Shown in pieces: positions 1 through 12,360 of a DNA stretch of 64,000 bases; within the stretch, counting starts at the first letter, position 1, and each line of letters opens with the position of its first letter. A model generated the notes under the pieces. The model did no database searches. It was not told the origin of the DNA and saw nothing but the letters and a program-made list of their open reading frames with translations. This DNA is from Octopus sinensis (lineage: Eukaryota). The position numbers and the translations under genes were made by a program. The stretch lies in contig NC_042997.1 of NCBI RefSeq assembly GCF_006345805.1, positions 157,604,001 through 157,668,000 of the forward strand, written 5' to 3'.

Positions 1-177
1 AAGAATTTTAATAACATCTTCGTTCAACTTCATTTATTTACTTATACCACACATTAACCCGGAGTTTTTACCTTTGAATAGGTCACTTCATCCGTGTTAT
101 TTGCGTGAATTTTGTTACCCTGGTAACTGTTTATTGAATTTTCCATGTTAACGGTAAACAAAGGATAATTCATTCAT

Positions 178-179
<2 letters not shown>

Positions 180-250
<71 letters not shown>
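180..250. repeat. (TA)n microsatellite
   Basis: Uninterrupted TA dinucleotide run. Confidence 0.98.
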
Positions 251-259
<9 letters not shown>

Positions 260-826
260 ATATGTTTGTGTGTCTGTGTTTATATATATATATATAAATG
301 CAAAAATGCATAAATAAACGGCGTAATGGTACTGTTTAGTTTCAAACCTTTAACGATAAAACTGACTGCTTCCAAATTGGCGGTGCAAGCAAAAAAAATG
401 TTTTCTTGCGTAGAATTAGGGACAAGAGCAAACAAAACGAAACAAGCAAAACGACACATATTTAGGACGGTGGACGAAGACAAACAGTCGAACACAATAC
501 AGCCTTAGGGTCAAGGAAACAAAAATAGTGGGTAACGCTTCGAAAATGTCTTGAAGGATGGATAAGAGACAGAATTTGTGACTGGTCCGCTAAGGGACAA
601 GTCTAAGAAAGGAAGAAAAAGAGGCACTAGCTGATCACATGATAGCAGCAGGCAGATGAAAAAGACAGCAGGGAGAAGGAACAACAGAGAAAAGAAGGGG
701 AGTGGATGAAGGGGAAGGAGAAAGGCTAGGAATACAAGAGGGAGAGAGAGAAGGAATGAGTAGAAAGGCTAGAATAGAAGTGATAGGGTAGGAGAGAGAG
801 AGAAAGGGGGAAAGAAAGAAGGCAAA

Positions 827-827
<1 letters not shown>

Positions 828-875
<48 letters not shown>

Positions 876-930
876 TATATACATGCATATATATATATAT
901 ATACATACATATATATATATGTGTGTAAAT
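828..930. repeat. (TA)n microsatellite with CA/TG interruptions
   Basis: Direct reading. Confidence 0.95.
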
Positions 931-1498
931 ATATATATGCATATATGGGTACAGGACGTCACAAAACGTAACATGAAATACGAAAACAAAGTTGTGTACG
1001 CAAACAACGGGAGAAACAAATAGAAAACAAGACAAGTAACATAAAGAATGACCCTTCATCAGTTGTCAGCTGCCCATGTACTCTTCGTTTCAAGCATTGA
1101 ACGACAATATGAAACTTCGAAGACAGTTGCTCCCGTGAATCAAAATTAAAATTGGGATTTGCGGAGGATTTGCGGAGACATACAAGGAAACCGAACGAAA
1201 ACAATCATGGAAGGTCGTTAGACCAGACGAGGTAATGTAGCGAACGCTGGAGAAATATTGTCTTTGACAAGAGAAAAGATAGAAGAGGTGATAAATAAGA
1301 TACGTGCAGTCACTACAACACTGAAGAAACGAAAGAGGGACGATGGTCACGTTGAGCAACGAGAGAGAGATAGAGTAAAAGAAAAAGAGCAAGAGAGAGA
1401 GAGACAGTAAAGGAGAAAGAAAGACAGACAGAGAGATAGAAAACGGCGAAGGGGAGAAAATAATAATTAGAGAAAGGATGAGAGAAAAAACGATTGGG

Positions 1499-1598
<100 letters not shown>

Positions 1599-1690
1599 CA
1601 GTAAAGAGTTGAGTTGCATCAAAAATATTAAGATAAACTTACTTGGAAATAGATGCGTGGCGTTCAATCAAAAAATAATATATATATATA

Positions 1691-2578
1691 CCAATAAGTA
1701 GCCGGACTGTTGCTATAGTAACGAAGCTAAAGCACGCAGAGTAAACCCGCTGGACAAAGATTGACCTTGAAATCTGCTGTGCATTAAGTCTTTTACGTTC
1801 ATGCGCATTAAGTTTTTACGTTCTAGCTCACTTCCGCTGTTTACAGCAGTGCTTGGAAGGAAGAATAACGTATGATCGTCGCATTGACCATGACAGAGAA
1901 TGTTGTCATGTCGATACCTGCTCAGAGGCCTATGCAAAGTTGGAGAAGGTGTATGGAGAGGGGTGTGTGAGCCGCACACAAGTGTACGAGTGATTCAGAC
2001 ATTTCCAAGATGGCCGATAAAATGTCGATATTGACGAATGTTCAGGGATGCCCGTAACCAGCAGAACTATGAAGAATATCGCAGATGTGCGTGCAACTGT
2101 GAGAGGAAATCGTCGAATCATCATCCGTGAGTTATCAGAGGATGTGCAGGTTATTTACAGTTCAGTTCAGTCCATTACCACTGAAGATGATGAAGATATG
2201 AGACGCGTATCTTCCAAGTTTGTCCCAAAACTGCTTTCAGCTGACGAAAAGGACATTCAGGTTTCAGTCGCACAAGATCTTCATTCTGTCGAGAACAATG
2301 AAAACATTTTGAAAACTTTGCATAGGCCTTTGAGCACGTATCGCCAAGCTTTAGGCAAAATTTAATGCAGATTCTCTCCTCAAATTTCTCTGTCATGGTC
2401 AATGCGATGATCACACTCTAAACGCCTTCCTTCCAAGCACTGCTGTAAACAGCCGAAATGAGCTAGAACGTTGAAACTTTGTGCACATACACACCAGAGT
2501 TCAAGGTCAATTAACTCTGCGTACTATAGCTTCGTTACTATGGCAATAACCCGGCTATTCTTATGGATCAGACCGCGC
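1691..2578. mobile_element. Mariner-derived non-autonomous foldback element (two 5' ends in inverted orientation)
   Basis: Inverted arms ~1691-1941 and ~2314-2565. The + strand encodes a mariner HTH region with stops (DTCSEAYAKLEKVYG..VYE*FRHFQDGR..RRIIIRELSE..RRVSSKFVPKLL). The - strand arm encodes the N-terminus MTEKFEERICIKFCLKLGDTCSKAYAK. A mariner-type terminus (revcomp CGCGGTCTGATCCATAAG) lies at ~2578. Confidence 0.88.
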
Positions 2579-2596
2579 ATACACACACACACACAG

Positions 2597-2630
<34 letters not shown>

Positions 2631-2656
2631 ACACCACACACACACACACACACACA
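2579..2656. repeat. (CA)n microsatellite
   Basis: Direct reading. Confidence 0.95.
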
Positions 2657-3556
2657 TGTTATTGATTATACATATATATACATACATGCATGTACATCCA
2701 TCTATCTACACACAGCACACACACACTCACACACATGTACGAATAACAACACCGTCTAACCCACACTCATACACACAGACACCCATGCGTATATTTGTGC
2801 TTTCGTTTTTGAATATGTATGTATATTATACATGCTCAGTAACACAAGCTCAAAACACAAAAATATATTACGTGTCTTATTTTGTAAATGCGTACGCATT
2901 ATGATCAGAGTGTGCATATTTAAATGCTTGTATGTTTGTATATATGTAAATACGTATGTACGTACGTATGTATGTATGCATGTATATTGACACACGCTTA
3001 TTTGTATATTTATATTTGCATATGTACATATACATGCCTGTGTGTATTTGTCCAGGAAACTGTCGTCGAATGATACTAGTTCATTTCCGTTTTGCAGTTG
3101 CTGTAAAAAAATTTAAAATTTTATTTACATTACACCTATCAGCTATTAACAGTAATGAAATTCAAGAAGCTAAGTAATTAATTAATATAACAGAAAGTAC
3201 TACTGTGTCGTGAGATTAATAATTATATCAATTACTAATTAATTTATTACTGATTAATTTATTGCCCAAATTTGTTGAATTCGTTAAAGTGATACGAAGT
3301 TATTATATCGACTGCTACACTTGTCTTGATATGTAAGAAACCTAAATATCATTAGTTTAGTAACAACAAACAAATACACTTACATCAAAGTGAAATTGAG
3401 AAAGCATGGTATTTCAGTTGCTCTCATTCAGTCAGAACAAATATATACACAACATCATTTCACATAATATACACTCACTCTGCTACACCTTCAATATATA
3501 GCTATGCGCACGCGCTTTATTTCCACACGTACATACAAACATACAAATATATGCAT

Positions 3557-3645
3557 GTATACATACATACATACATACATACATACATACATACATACAT
3601 ACATACATACATACATTCAGTCATTCATTCATTCATTCATTCATA
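3557..3645. repeat. Compound (ATAC)n(ATTC)n microsatellite
   Basis: Direct reading. Confidence 0.95.
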
Positions 3646-3729
3646 CACACGTACATACGTATATACATATATGCACAATTTTTCTGTATATACACATATA
3701 ATTGCATATATACAGACATATAATAAATC

Positions 3730-3830
3730 CATCAGCCGAAATTGCGAGGATGATCCGGTTCTTGACTAAAGATTGAAGGCTTCGAATGTCCCATCCGTGT
3801 TTTTTGTGTCATCATCAAAATGTTTTGCGT
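3730..3830 (+). repeat. Fragment of a dispersed repeat shared with 13170-13390 (inverted)
   Basis: CCGAAATTGCGAGGATGATCCGGTTCTTGACT matches the reverse complement of ~13290-13322. Confidence 0.75.
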
Positions 3831-3855
3831 TCTTGTCCCTGTTTGTATTTTTATA

Positions 3856-3856
<1 letters not shown>

Positions 3857-3937
<81 letters not shown>
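3857..3937. repeat. Compound (TA)n(TG)n microsatellite
   Basis: Direct reading. Confidence 0.95.
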
Positions 3938-3939
<2 letters not shown>

Positions 3940-4257
3940 TATATTAAAAATATACATAATTATATTTATACATTCAAACGCACATATATACACACTCCAC
4001 TCGCACACACGCACATACACACACACACACGTGCACACAAACAGACCACCACCATCACCACCACCACCACCACCACCACGCACCGACATACATATATCAG
4101 TTTTGTATTTTATCTCCTCCATCCATAGCTGACTATTTATCAGTCACAGCTAAATTCGAACGTTTCGTCTGACCAAGTCGGTGGTAGGAGTACAGATCTG
4201 TATGTTGCGAGAGCAAATAATAATGACATGAGGTCGTATTAAAAATATTCCCTATTA

Positions 4258-4740
4258 CTGTAAATCCTCGAGTATAATCCGCATTTTTTCCCAAAATTAA
4301 ATGTCAAAATCCCTTGTTTCTAAGCAATGTCCGAGTCTCTATTTGCTGTCCGGCAATGTTTATTCAGACGTATTTTGTGATGTCGGGCGCGAAAATACCT
4401 TAAGCTAAGTCTGAAAGCAATGAAGTCATAAAAGAATCATCCATAACTTGCAGTAAGCAACATTTATTAAAATAAAAGTATTCAGAACACAGAACAACAT
4501 GTAACAAAAACAATTTGCAAATATATTTACATTCCCGTATAACAGTTAAGAACATCACCATTATTGTATTATGCATACGCGGAAGTGTTTGTTCGACTAG
4601 GTGCTGCTGGCTTAATTACGCACGACTCAAGTTAGAGAAGGGGTGCGTATTATACATAAGGTTTGATTTTCAGAGGTACAGCCCCATAAAACTCCCCTGC
4701 GTATTATACTCAAGGGCGGACTATACTCGAGGATTTACGG
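4258..4740. mobile_element. Tc1/mariner-superfamily (pogo/Tigger-like) MITE, 483 bp
   Basis: 25-bp TIRs CTGTAAATCCTCGAGTATAATCCGC / revcomp CCGTAAATCCTCGAGTATAGTCCGC (23/25 match). TA dinucleotide on both sides (4256-4257, 4741-4742). No ORF. Confidence 0.9.
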
Positions 4741-5744
4741 TATATGCTGTATCGAAATTTCTTTTTCGTTATATTCTTCTTATAATGTCACAGCCTCGAT
4801 TTATAATTATGTTTTGAAGTCTTTTGTGCTATAATACTCTCCATTGAGCCAGAAACACATGTCCATAGCTCCGAGAGAAAGCAGACTGTTTTTATTGAAT
4901 GACATATTCTCAGGAATTATTGAGATATTCTCTAACGGCTATTCATGATGTACACTGCTTAAAGATATCATCAAGTCTAGGGATCGCGCCCATGATTTTA
5001 TGATCGAGAGTCAAACACCTTAAACGCCAAGCCACGCATCTACTCTCTCATCCCTTCTCTCCCGTGTATATTTATACTTATACGTACCTATATATGTGTT
5101 TATGTATGCAACCATGCAAGCATGTTTATATGTATGCGTGTATGCATGTATGCATATACGCATACATGTATGTCTGGATGGATAAATGAATAAGTATCAG
5201 TTTGATTTTCCGACAAGGTGTGTTCAATTGTTCAATCAACCAAACAACCAAATTCATTAAATTAGTGTGCATAAATGATAGTGTTCTACAGACATATCTA
5301 CCCTTAATGTAATTTTCAGCCGAAATTCTCGTTACACATTGAGATAAAGGCGGCCGTTTGAATTAAATATACAATCCATTCGATGGGCTTGTATACAGTT
5401 TACATCTACTCAATTTCAAACAAATGCACAAGCTGCTCTCACCCTAAAGAAAATAATACCTGATGCATGCCATTGGGACTGTATCTTGTGATTATGAAGC
5501 GAACTTCCTAACAATTACGCCATAACCGTCTACACACACATGCCCGCGCACACATACAAATACACACACACATATATAAATGCAGGGCACTGAAACACAA
5601 AGAATGTAAAGAAGCCAATCACTTTGAAGTAAAAAGTAATTTGTAGAGGAACTGCTTTGAGAGAACAACTGATTCAATACGTCAAAGGGAAACAACAATA
5701 AATATTCCAGTGTACTATTGCTGCTGCTGCAGCTACTGCTTATT

Positions 5745-6162
5745 TTGTTATTGCCCACAAGGGGCTAAATATAGAGGGGACAAACAAGGACACATACAAA
5801 CGGATTAAGTCAATTACATCGACCCCAGGGCATAATTGGTACTTAATTTATCGACCCCGAAAGGATGAAAGGCAAAGTCGACCTCGGCGGAATTTGAACT
5901 CAGAACGTAAAGGCAGACAAAATACCTATTTCTATTTCTTTACTACCCACAAGGAGCTAAACACAGAGAGGACAAACAAGAACAGACAAACGGATTAAGT
6001 CGATTATATCGACCCCAGTGCGTAACTGGTACTTATTTAATCGACCCCGAAAGGATGAAAGGCAAAGTCGACCTCGGCGGAATTTGAACTCAGAACGTAA
6101 CTGCAGACGAAATACTGCTCAGCATTTCGCTCGGCATGTTAACGTTTCTGCCAGCTCGCTAC
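5745..6162 (-). mobile_element. tRNA-derived SINE, family A, with duplicated core (dimer)
   Basis: Head revcomp AGCGAGCTGGCAGAAACGTTAAC with B-box GAGTTCAAATTCC. Core GAGGTCGACTTTGCCTTTCATCCTTTCGGGGTCGAT is repeated at ~190-bp spacing. Confidence 0.88.
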
Positions 6163-6189
6163 CTGCTGCTGCTGCTGCTGCTGCTGGTG

Positions 6190-6236
<47 letters not shown>
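6163..6236. repeat. Compound (GCT)n(ACT)n microsatellite
   Basis: Direct reading. Confidence 0.95.
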
Positions 6237-7229
6237 GATTTTATTAACCCCATGGCATGCAGATTTTCTAAACCTATATGCAGCATTATAATCACAAATG
6301 GTGCTAGAGTTCGAACTTAAAGGGTACCTATATGTTGGTAGTACTCGAAGATTCAACGAAAACTGTTTATATTTGCCTTTTTTTCCCGTGGTTATTATTT
6401 TTAGATTTTAAGTACGCCTATAGAGAGTTGTTCTCCTCTAATTGCATATACACAATCTCAATCAATCGAAGTTTTCAACTTATATTACATGTATAGTTGA
6501 TCATAAATGTGATCCGAATACCAGTTTCTTCCGGCTCTTTATATTCTATGTTCAGGTTCCATTGAAGTCAACTTTGCTTCATGGTTGATAAAATATTCAT
6601 CAGTTAAGCTTTGGGGTCGATGTAATTGGCTTACCCACCTCCCTTCAAAACTGCTGACTTGTACCAAAATTAGGAAGAAGTATTACAGTGTTCACACTAA
6701 CAGCTTGTTACAAAAACACAGGCAATAATTGAAAGGGAAACGTACTCTGAAATGGAAATTGAATTCTCTATATTTCTGGATCTTATTTAATCATCCGTCA
6801 GGATTTGAGCATGGAACCTGGAGGGAAGAAACTTAACTTGTTTTCATAAGTTAATTAGAGAGCAAGGAAGAGTATCATGGACTATACTAATGCGGACCTT
6901 CAAAGACTAGTGGAATCAATATAGTTAATGTTTATTAAGAGTATGTCTGGATGAAAAATAAGCGCACGAAGAAAATTTCAGAGGGTTGAAGCGTTATGTA
7001 GAGCGGATCGGGAAAATTTTTAACTCAGAAGTTTGAAGTGGAAGAGTAAGAATGACTAAAGGAAGAGACAGATATGCTATACGGATCTGGGTTGTCGGGG
7101 TAAATGGCCAGGAAGTTTAAACAGAAAGAAAAGCCGTTTTAGTAGAAGAAAAGAAGTAAAGAAAAAAAGCAACACGTTTGTGAATCAGTGATGGAAACGC
7201 TTTGGTGAGAGAGTATTTATTTGTCAATG

Positions 7230-7266
<37 letters not shown>

Positions 7267-7275
7267 ATTTTAAAG

Positions 7276-7517
7276 CAGGGGTCTCAACAGGGGTTCATAT
7301 GACCATTGGGTGGGATGAGGGTCACTATAAAATTTTATTGTTAAAATTAATGTGCAATAAATTGGTCATACTTCTATAGTACACAAAATGATTTAACTAT
7401 TTCCTAATAATATTTAATTAAGAAAATTATAATAAGATCATTGAGTGGTTAAATGGTTCCCTCCTCGTAAAATAGGGATCAAAGCGGTCCGTACGTAAAA
7501 ATGGTTAGGAACAACTG
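7276..7517. mobile_element. Degenerate hAT/Charlie-like MITE
   Basis: Ends CAGGGGTCTCAAC ... GGTTAGGAACAACTG resemble Charlie-type TIRs. The putative 8-bp TSD matches only 5/8. Confidence 0.45.
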
Positions 7518-7894
7518 TTGTAAGATGTTAAAACTCGCGCACACGCGCAAATAAAAAGACAGACTGACAGACACACACACACACACACATACACGCAAAC
7601 ACACACTGATAGATAGGAACGTAGTTAGATTGATAGAAATAAACATATGTATGAAAAATACAACCGTTAAACACAGTTGAATACGAGTTAATACCAGGAA
7701 GGACCATGCATTCGTAAATGGTTTTAGGCGCCCATATAGTCGTGAGCAAACACGGAAAACATTCACACTCCTCTCACTAATGACTAAGAAGGACATCCAG
7801 AAAGTGGCAGCAAATCGGGAACAAAAGACTGGTTTTACGCTTAGAACTTATATATATTAACTCCGACTTAATGGAAGGCAAAATTTACTGTGTC

Positions 7895-7987
7895 AGGATT
7901 TGAAGGAGCACACTGCATGTCGATGGTTTAAGAAGTTCCGGTCTGGTGACGTTACTCTTGAAAATCAGCCCCGTGGTAGACCTGAGA
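7895..7987 (+). pseudogene. Mariner transposase HTH fragment (duplication copy 1)
   Basis: Translates to EHTACRWFKKFRSGDVTLENQPRGRPE, typical of the mariner second HTH/linker. Confidence 0.8.
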
Positions 7988-8050
7988 TGAATGTATTTAT
8001 ATATATATATATATATACTTTATTTTAAGCAGCAGAAAATTCAACAAAAT

Positions 8051-8088
8051 CTGTTACTCTGAGTTTCTCGTTGCCGTTCATCAGACAG
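8051..8088 (-). ncRNA. Minimal type I hammerhead ribozyme motif (Penelope-like repeat), copy 1
   Basis: Revcomp reads CUGU|CUGAUGA|ACG-GCAA-CGA|GAA|ACUC-A-GAGU|A|ACAG: 4-bp stem I, intact core, GUA cleavage triplet, mismatch at the base of stem II. Confidence 0.7.
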
Positions 8089-9666
8089 TTTTTGCTAGAA
8101 TGGAACCGATATATCAATTCAATCTAGACTCTTACAAACGCTACACCTTTAAAAAGAAATGGACTTGTTTGATTGGCCCTTTAGAAAAAACGGTCAATCT
8201 TCGAGCGATAAACAAAAAGGTCAAAAATATACGTATATATATATAAAAAACTTATAAAAATTATAAAATCCGAGGAAAAAACCTTACATTGAATAAAACA
8301 CATATTGACGTTAATGAAGAAAGTGCAAATTAATGCAATACATATTTATATTAAAATGTACATATATATATCAACATACACAAAAGGATGCGCGCTAACG
8401 CCATACATATACAGACGTATGAATATAAATCTAAATATACACATAAATGCATGTGTACATATATTCACGCAAAACCATCTCGCACGCAAGCTAAAATTCA
8501 TCTATGTAGCGATTCTCATATACTGAGTAAGGGGGGGAACGAAAGAAAGGGAGAGAGAGAAAAAGGAACGAAGGAGGGGTGGGGAAAAAACGAAATAAGA
8601 AAAAATTATGTATACAAGCTGTGTAACGGCATTATTGGCATATATGGAGACATGTATACAACCACAAGTTCGAATGGATACATATACATACAGTCGTGTA
8701 TGTGTGTGCTTAAGCACAAACATACTCTCACTTACACATACACAGATACGCATGCTTACAAATACATATCCTTTGCTATACACATCAACATTCTAATTTT
8801 GACAACATTGCTTTTTTTTAAAAAAAACATTGCTTTTTTTTTAAAAAAATGGGTGCATTAATAAAAATAAAAATTAAAATTAAAATATATACGAAAGACA
8901 TATAAAATAATATATAACATCCTATTTTGGATCATTTATAAATAATCAAGGTAATATAAATAATCAAGGTAATCCTATACAATACAAAAACAAGAAAACA
9001 AAGTCGGAGGTTTTTCCTAATCTATATGTAGAAACATAAGACTTTGCTATACGGATTAAGATCCGCATAGCTTGGAAACAAAATCCATCGTAGCGCTCAT
9101 CGTTCAAGAGTCAAAATCAAAATCAAAAATACAAAATATATACTCTATCCATATGGTATATTTATATTCGACATTTTAAATTTAGTCGCGTGCCTACATA
9201 AGTTCATTAGCTCACTTCTTTGATATATATATATATCGGTGTTTCATTTTCCTTTCATTAAATTATATTTTAATCTTTCTACTTTCTGTCTGTCTGTCTC
9301 TCCCCCCTCTCTCTCTTCCTCTCTCAGTCTTCTCGCTTATCTATGTTAAATGAATGCTGACTATCCCGCTCGCTTTCCATCAATATTAACTGGACGCGAG
9401 ATTTAGCGCTTTCTATAATTAAATACGTATTTACAAATATTAAATATATTCATTTGTAGATTGGATATTAATTTTCATATAACATGTATTGGTTAATGTA
9501 TTTAATCTTAGCTATTAATATTTATTACACATACATATAGTACACAGATATGCTTAGCGAAGTACATATGTTCACGCATATCAACACATGTATCACACGT
9601 GTACTCATACATACATATATGTATATGTATGTATGTTTAAATGACTAAAAACATACATTCAGGCAT

Positions 9667-9705
<39 letters not shown>

Positions 9706-10030
9706 ACACACACACACAACACACACACATACACGCAAACACACACTGATAGATAGGAACGTAGTTAGATTGATAGAAATAAACATATGTATGAAAAATA
9801 CAACCGTTAAACACAGTTGAATACGAGTTAATACCAGGAAGGACCATGTATTCGTAAATGGTTTTAGGCGCCCATATAGTCGTGAGCAAACACGGAAAAC
9901 ATTCACACTCCTCTCACTAATGACTAAGAAGGACATCCAGAAAGTGGCAGCAAATCGGGAACAAAAGACTGGTTTTACGCTTAGAACTTATATATATTAA
10001 CTCCGACTTAATGGAAGGCAAAATTTACTG

Positions 10031-10127
10031 TGTCAGGATTTGAAGGAGCACACTGCATGTCGATGGTTTAAGAAGTTCCGGTCTGGTGACGTTACTCTTG
10101 AAAATCAGCCCCGTGGTAGACCTGAGA
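10031..10127 (+). pseudogene. Mariner transposase HTH fragment (duplication copy 2)
   Basis: Same sequence as 7895-7987. Confidence 0.8.
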
Positions 10128-10186
10128 TGAATGTATTTATATATATATATATACTTTATTTTAAGCAGCAGAAAATTCAACAAAAT

Positions 10187-10224
10187 CTGTTACTCTGAGT
10201 TTCTCGTTGCCGTTCATCAGGCAG
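10187..10224 (-). ncRNA. Minimal type I hammerhead ribozyme motif, copy 2
   Basis: Duplicate of 8051-8088. An A>G change at 10221 puts a C-A mismatch in stem I next to the core. Confidence 0.6.
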
Positions 10225-11827
10225 TTTTTGCTAGAATGGAACCGATATATCAATTCAATCTAGACTCTTACAAACGCTACACCTTTAAAAAGAAATAGAC
10301 TTGTTTGATTGGCCCTTTAGAAAAAACGGTCAATCTTCGAGCGATAAACAAAAAGGTCAAAAATATACGTATATATATATAAAAAACTTATAAAAATTAT
10401 AAAATCCGAGGAAAAAACCTTACATTGAATAAAACACATATTGACGTTAATGAAGAAAGTGCAAATTAATGCAATACATATTTATATTAAAATGTACATA
10501 TATATATCAACATACACAAAAGGATGCGCGCTAACGCCATACATATACAGACGTATGAATATAAATCTAAATATACACATAAATGCATGTGTACATATAT
10601 TCACGCAAAACCATCTCGCACGCAAGCTAAAATTCATCTATGTAGCGATTCTCATATACTGAGTAAGGGGGGGAACGAAAGAAAGGGAGAGAGAGAGAAA
10701 AAGGAACGAAGGAGGGGTGGGGAAAAAACGAAATAAGAAAAAATTATGTATACAAGCTGTGTAACGGCATTATTGGCATATATGGAGACATGTATACAAC
10801 CACAAGTTCGAATGGATACATATACATACAGTCGTGTATGTGTGTGCTTAAGCACAAACATACTCTCACTTACACATACACAGATACGCATGCTTACAAA
10901 TACATATCCTTTGCTATACACATCAACATTCTAATTTTGACAACATTGCTTTTTTTTAAAAAAAACATTGCTTTTTTTTTAAAAAAATGGGTGCATTAAT
11001 AAAAATTAAAATTAAAATTAAAATATATACGAAGGACATATAAAATAATATATAACATCCTATTTTGGATCATTTATAAATAATCAAGGTAATATAAATA
11101 ATCAAGGTAATCCTATACAATACAAAAACAAGAAAACAAAGTCGGAGGTTTTTCCTAATCTATATGTAGAAACATAAGACTTTGCTATACGGATTAAGAT
11201 CCGCATAGCTTGGAAACAAAATCCATCGTAGCGCTCATCGTTCAAGAGTCAAAATCAAAATCAAAAATACAAAATATATACTCTATCCATATGGTATATT
11301 TATATTCGACATTTTAAATTTAGTCGCGTGCCTACATAAGTTCATTAGCTCACTTCTTTGATATATATATATATCGGTGTTTCATTTTCCTTTCATTAAA
11401 TTATATTTTAATCTTTCTACTTTCTGTCTGTCTGTCTCTCCCCCCTCTCTCTCTTCCTCTCTCAGTCTTCTCGCTTATCTATGTTAAATGAATGCTGACT
11501 ATCCCGCTCGCTTTCCATCAATATTAACTGGACGCGAGATTTAGCGCTTTCTATAATTAAATACGTATTTACAAATATTAAATATATTCATTTGTAGATT
11601 GGATATTAATTTTCATATAACATGTATTGGTTAATATATTTAATCTTAGCTATTAATATTTATTACACATACATATAGTACACAGATATGCTTAGCGAAG
11701 TACATATGTTCACGCATATCAACACATGTATCACACGTGTACTCATACATACATATATGTATATGTATGTATGTTTAAATGACTAAAAACATACATTCAG
11801 GCATACACACGCGCGCGCGCACACACA

Positions 11828-11858
<31 letters not shown>

Positions 11859-11904
11859 ATATGTATATTCTTTATTAAACCATCATAAAAAATATCACAA
11901 GAAA

Positions 11905-11936
11905 CTGCTACTCAGAGTTTCACGCTCCCGTTCGTA
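11905..11936 (-). repeat. Truncated hammerhead of the same family as 8051-8088
   Basis: Revcomp ACG-GGAG-CGU|GAA|ACUC-U-GAGU|A|GCAG; the CUG of the core is missing. Confidence 0.6.
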
Positions 11937-12124
11937 TTCTTGGCAGCGTTAATAATAAAGCATATTACTCTACCTGCGTGTTCGAGTACTATTTTTTTCC
12001 CACCAGTTTCAGATCTATGTGCTTAAAATGTCGTCTAAATTACGCAAAAATGAAAATAATACTGACAATTTCAACAGATATATTCACCAAAATTACATAA
12101 AAATATCTTGAAATACTAAAGGGT

Positions 12125-12360
12125 AAATTTATTCAATAAAATCGCCATTGGCTTCCACAAGAATTTCCTGCAACTCTTCTGAACGGTCTCCTTGTTTAAG
12201 TTGGAGAATGCTGCCATAATCTTTACCTTCAGTTTTGTTGGTCTCTCGTTCAACTGCGCCCCACACATAATAATCAATGGGGCTGCAGTGTTGGCAGTTA
12301 GGTGTCCAGATGTTAGGGTTGATGTGGTCGCAGAAATTGTCTGACAACCACGACTACATC
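12125..12360 (-). pseudogene. Tc1/mariner transposase C-terminal relic
   Basis: WTPNCQHCSPIDYYVWGAVERETNK...VEANGDFIE matches the WPPNSPDLNPLDY-type C-terminus; frameshifted. Confidence 0.8.

Larger units (their letters stand above)
7570..11857. repeat. Tandem duplication, two copies of a ~2138-bp unit
   Basis: 7570-~9710 repeats at ~9710-11857 with offsets 2136-2140. About six substitutions plus microsatellite length changes. (CA)n tracts at all three junctions. Confidence 0.95.

Noticed and set aside
9045-9072. GC-containing hairpin GCTATACGGATTAAGATCCGCATAGC (also in copy 2), possible Helitron 3' end
   Set aside because: No CTRR terminus at the expected distance on either strand.
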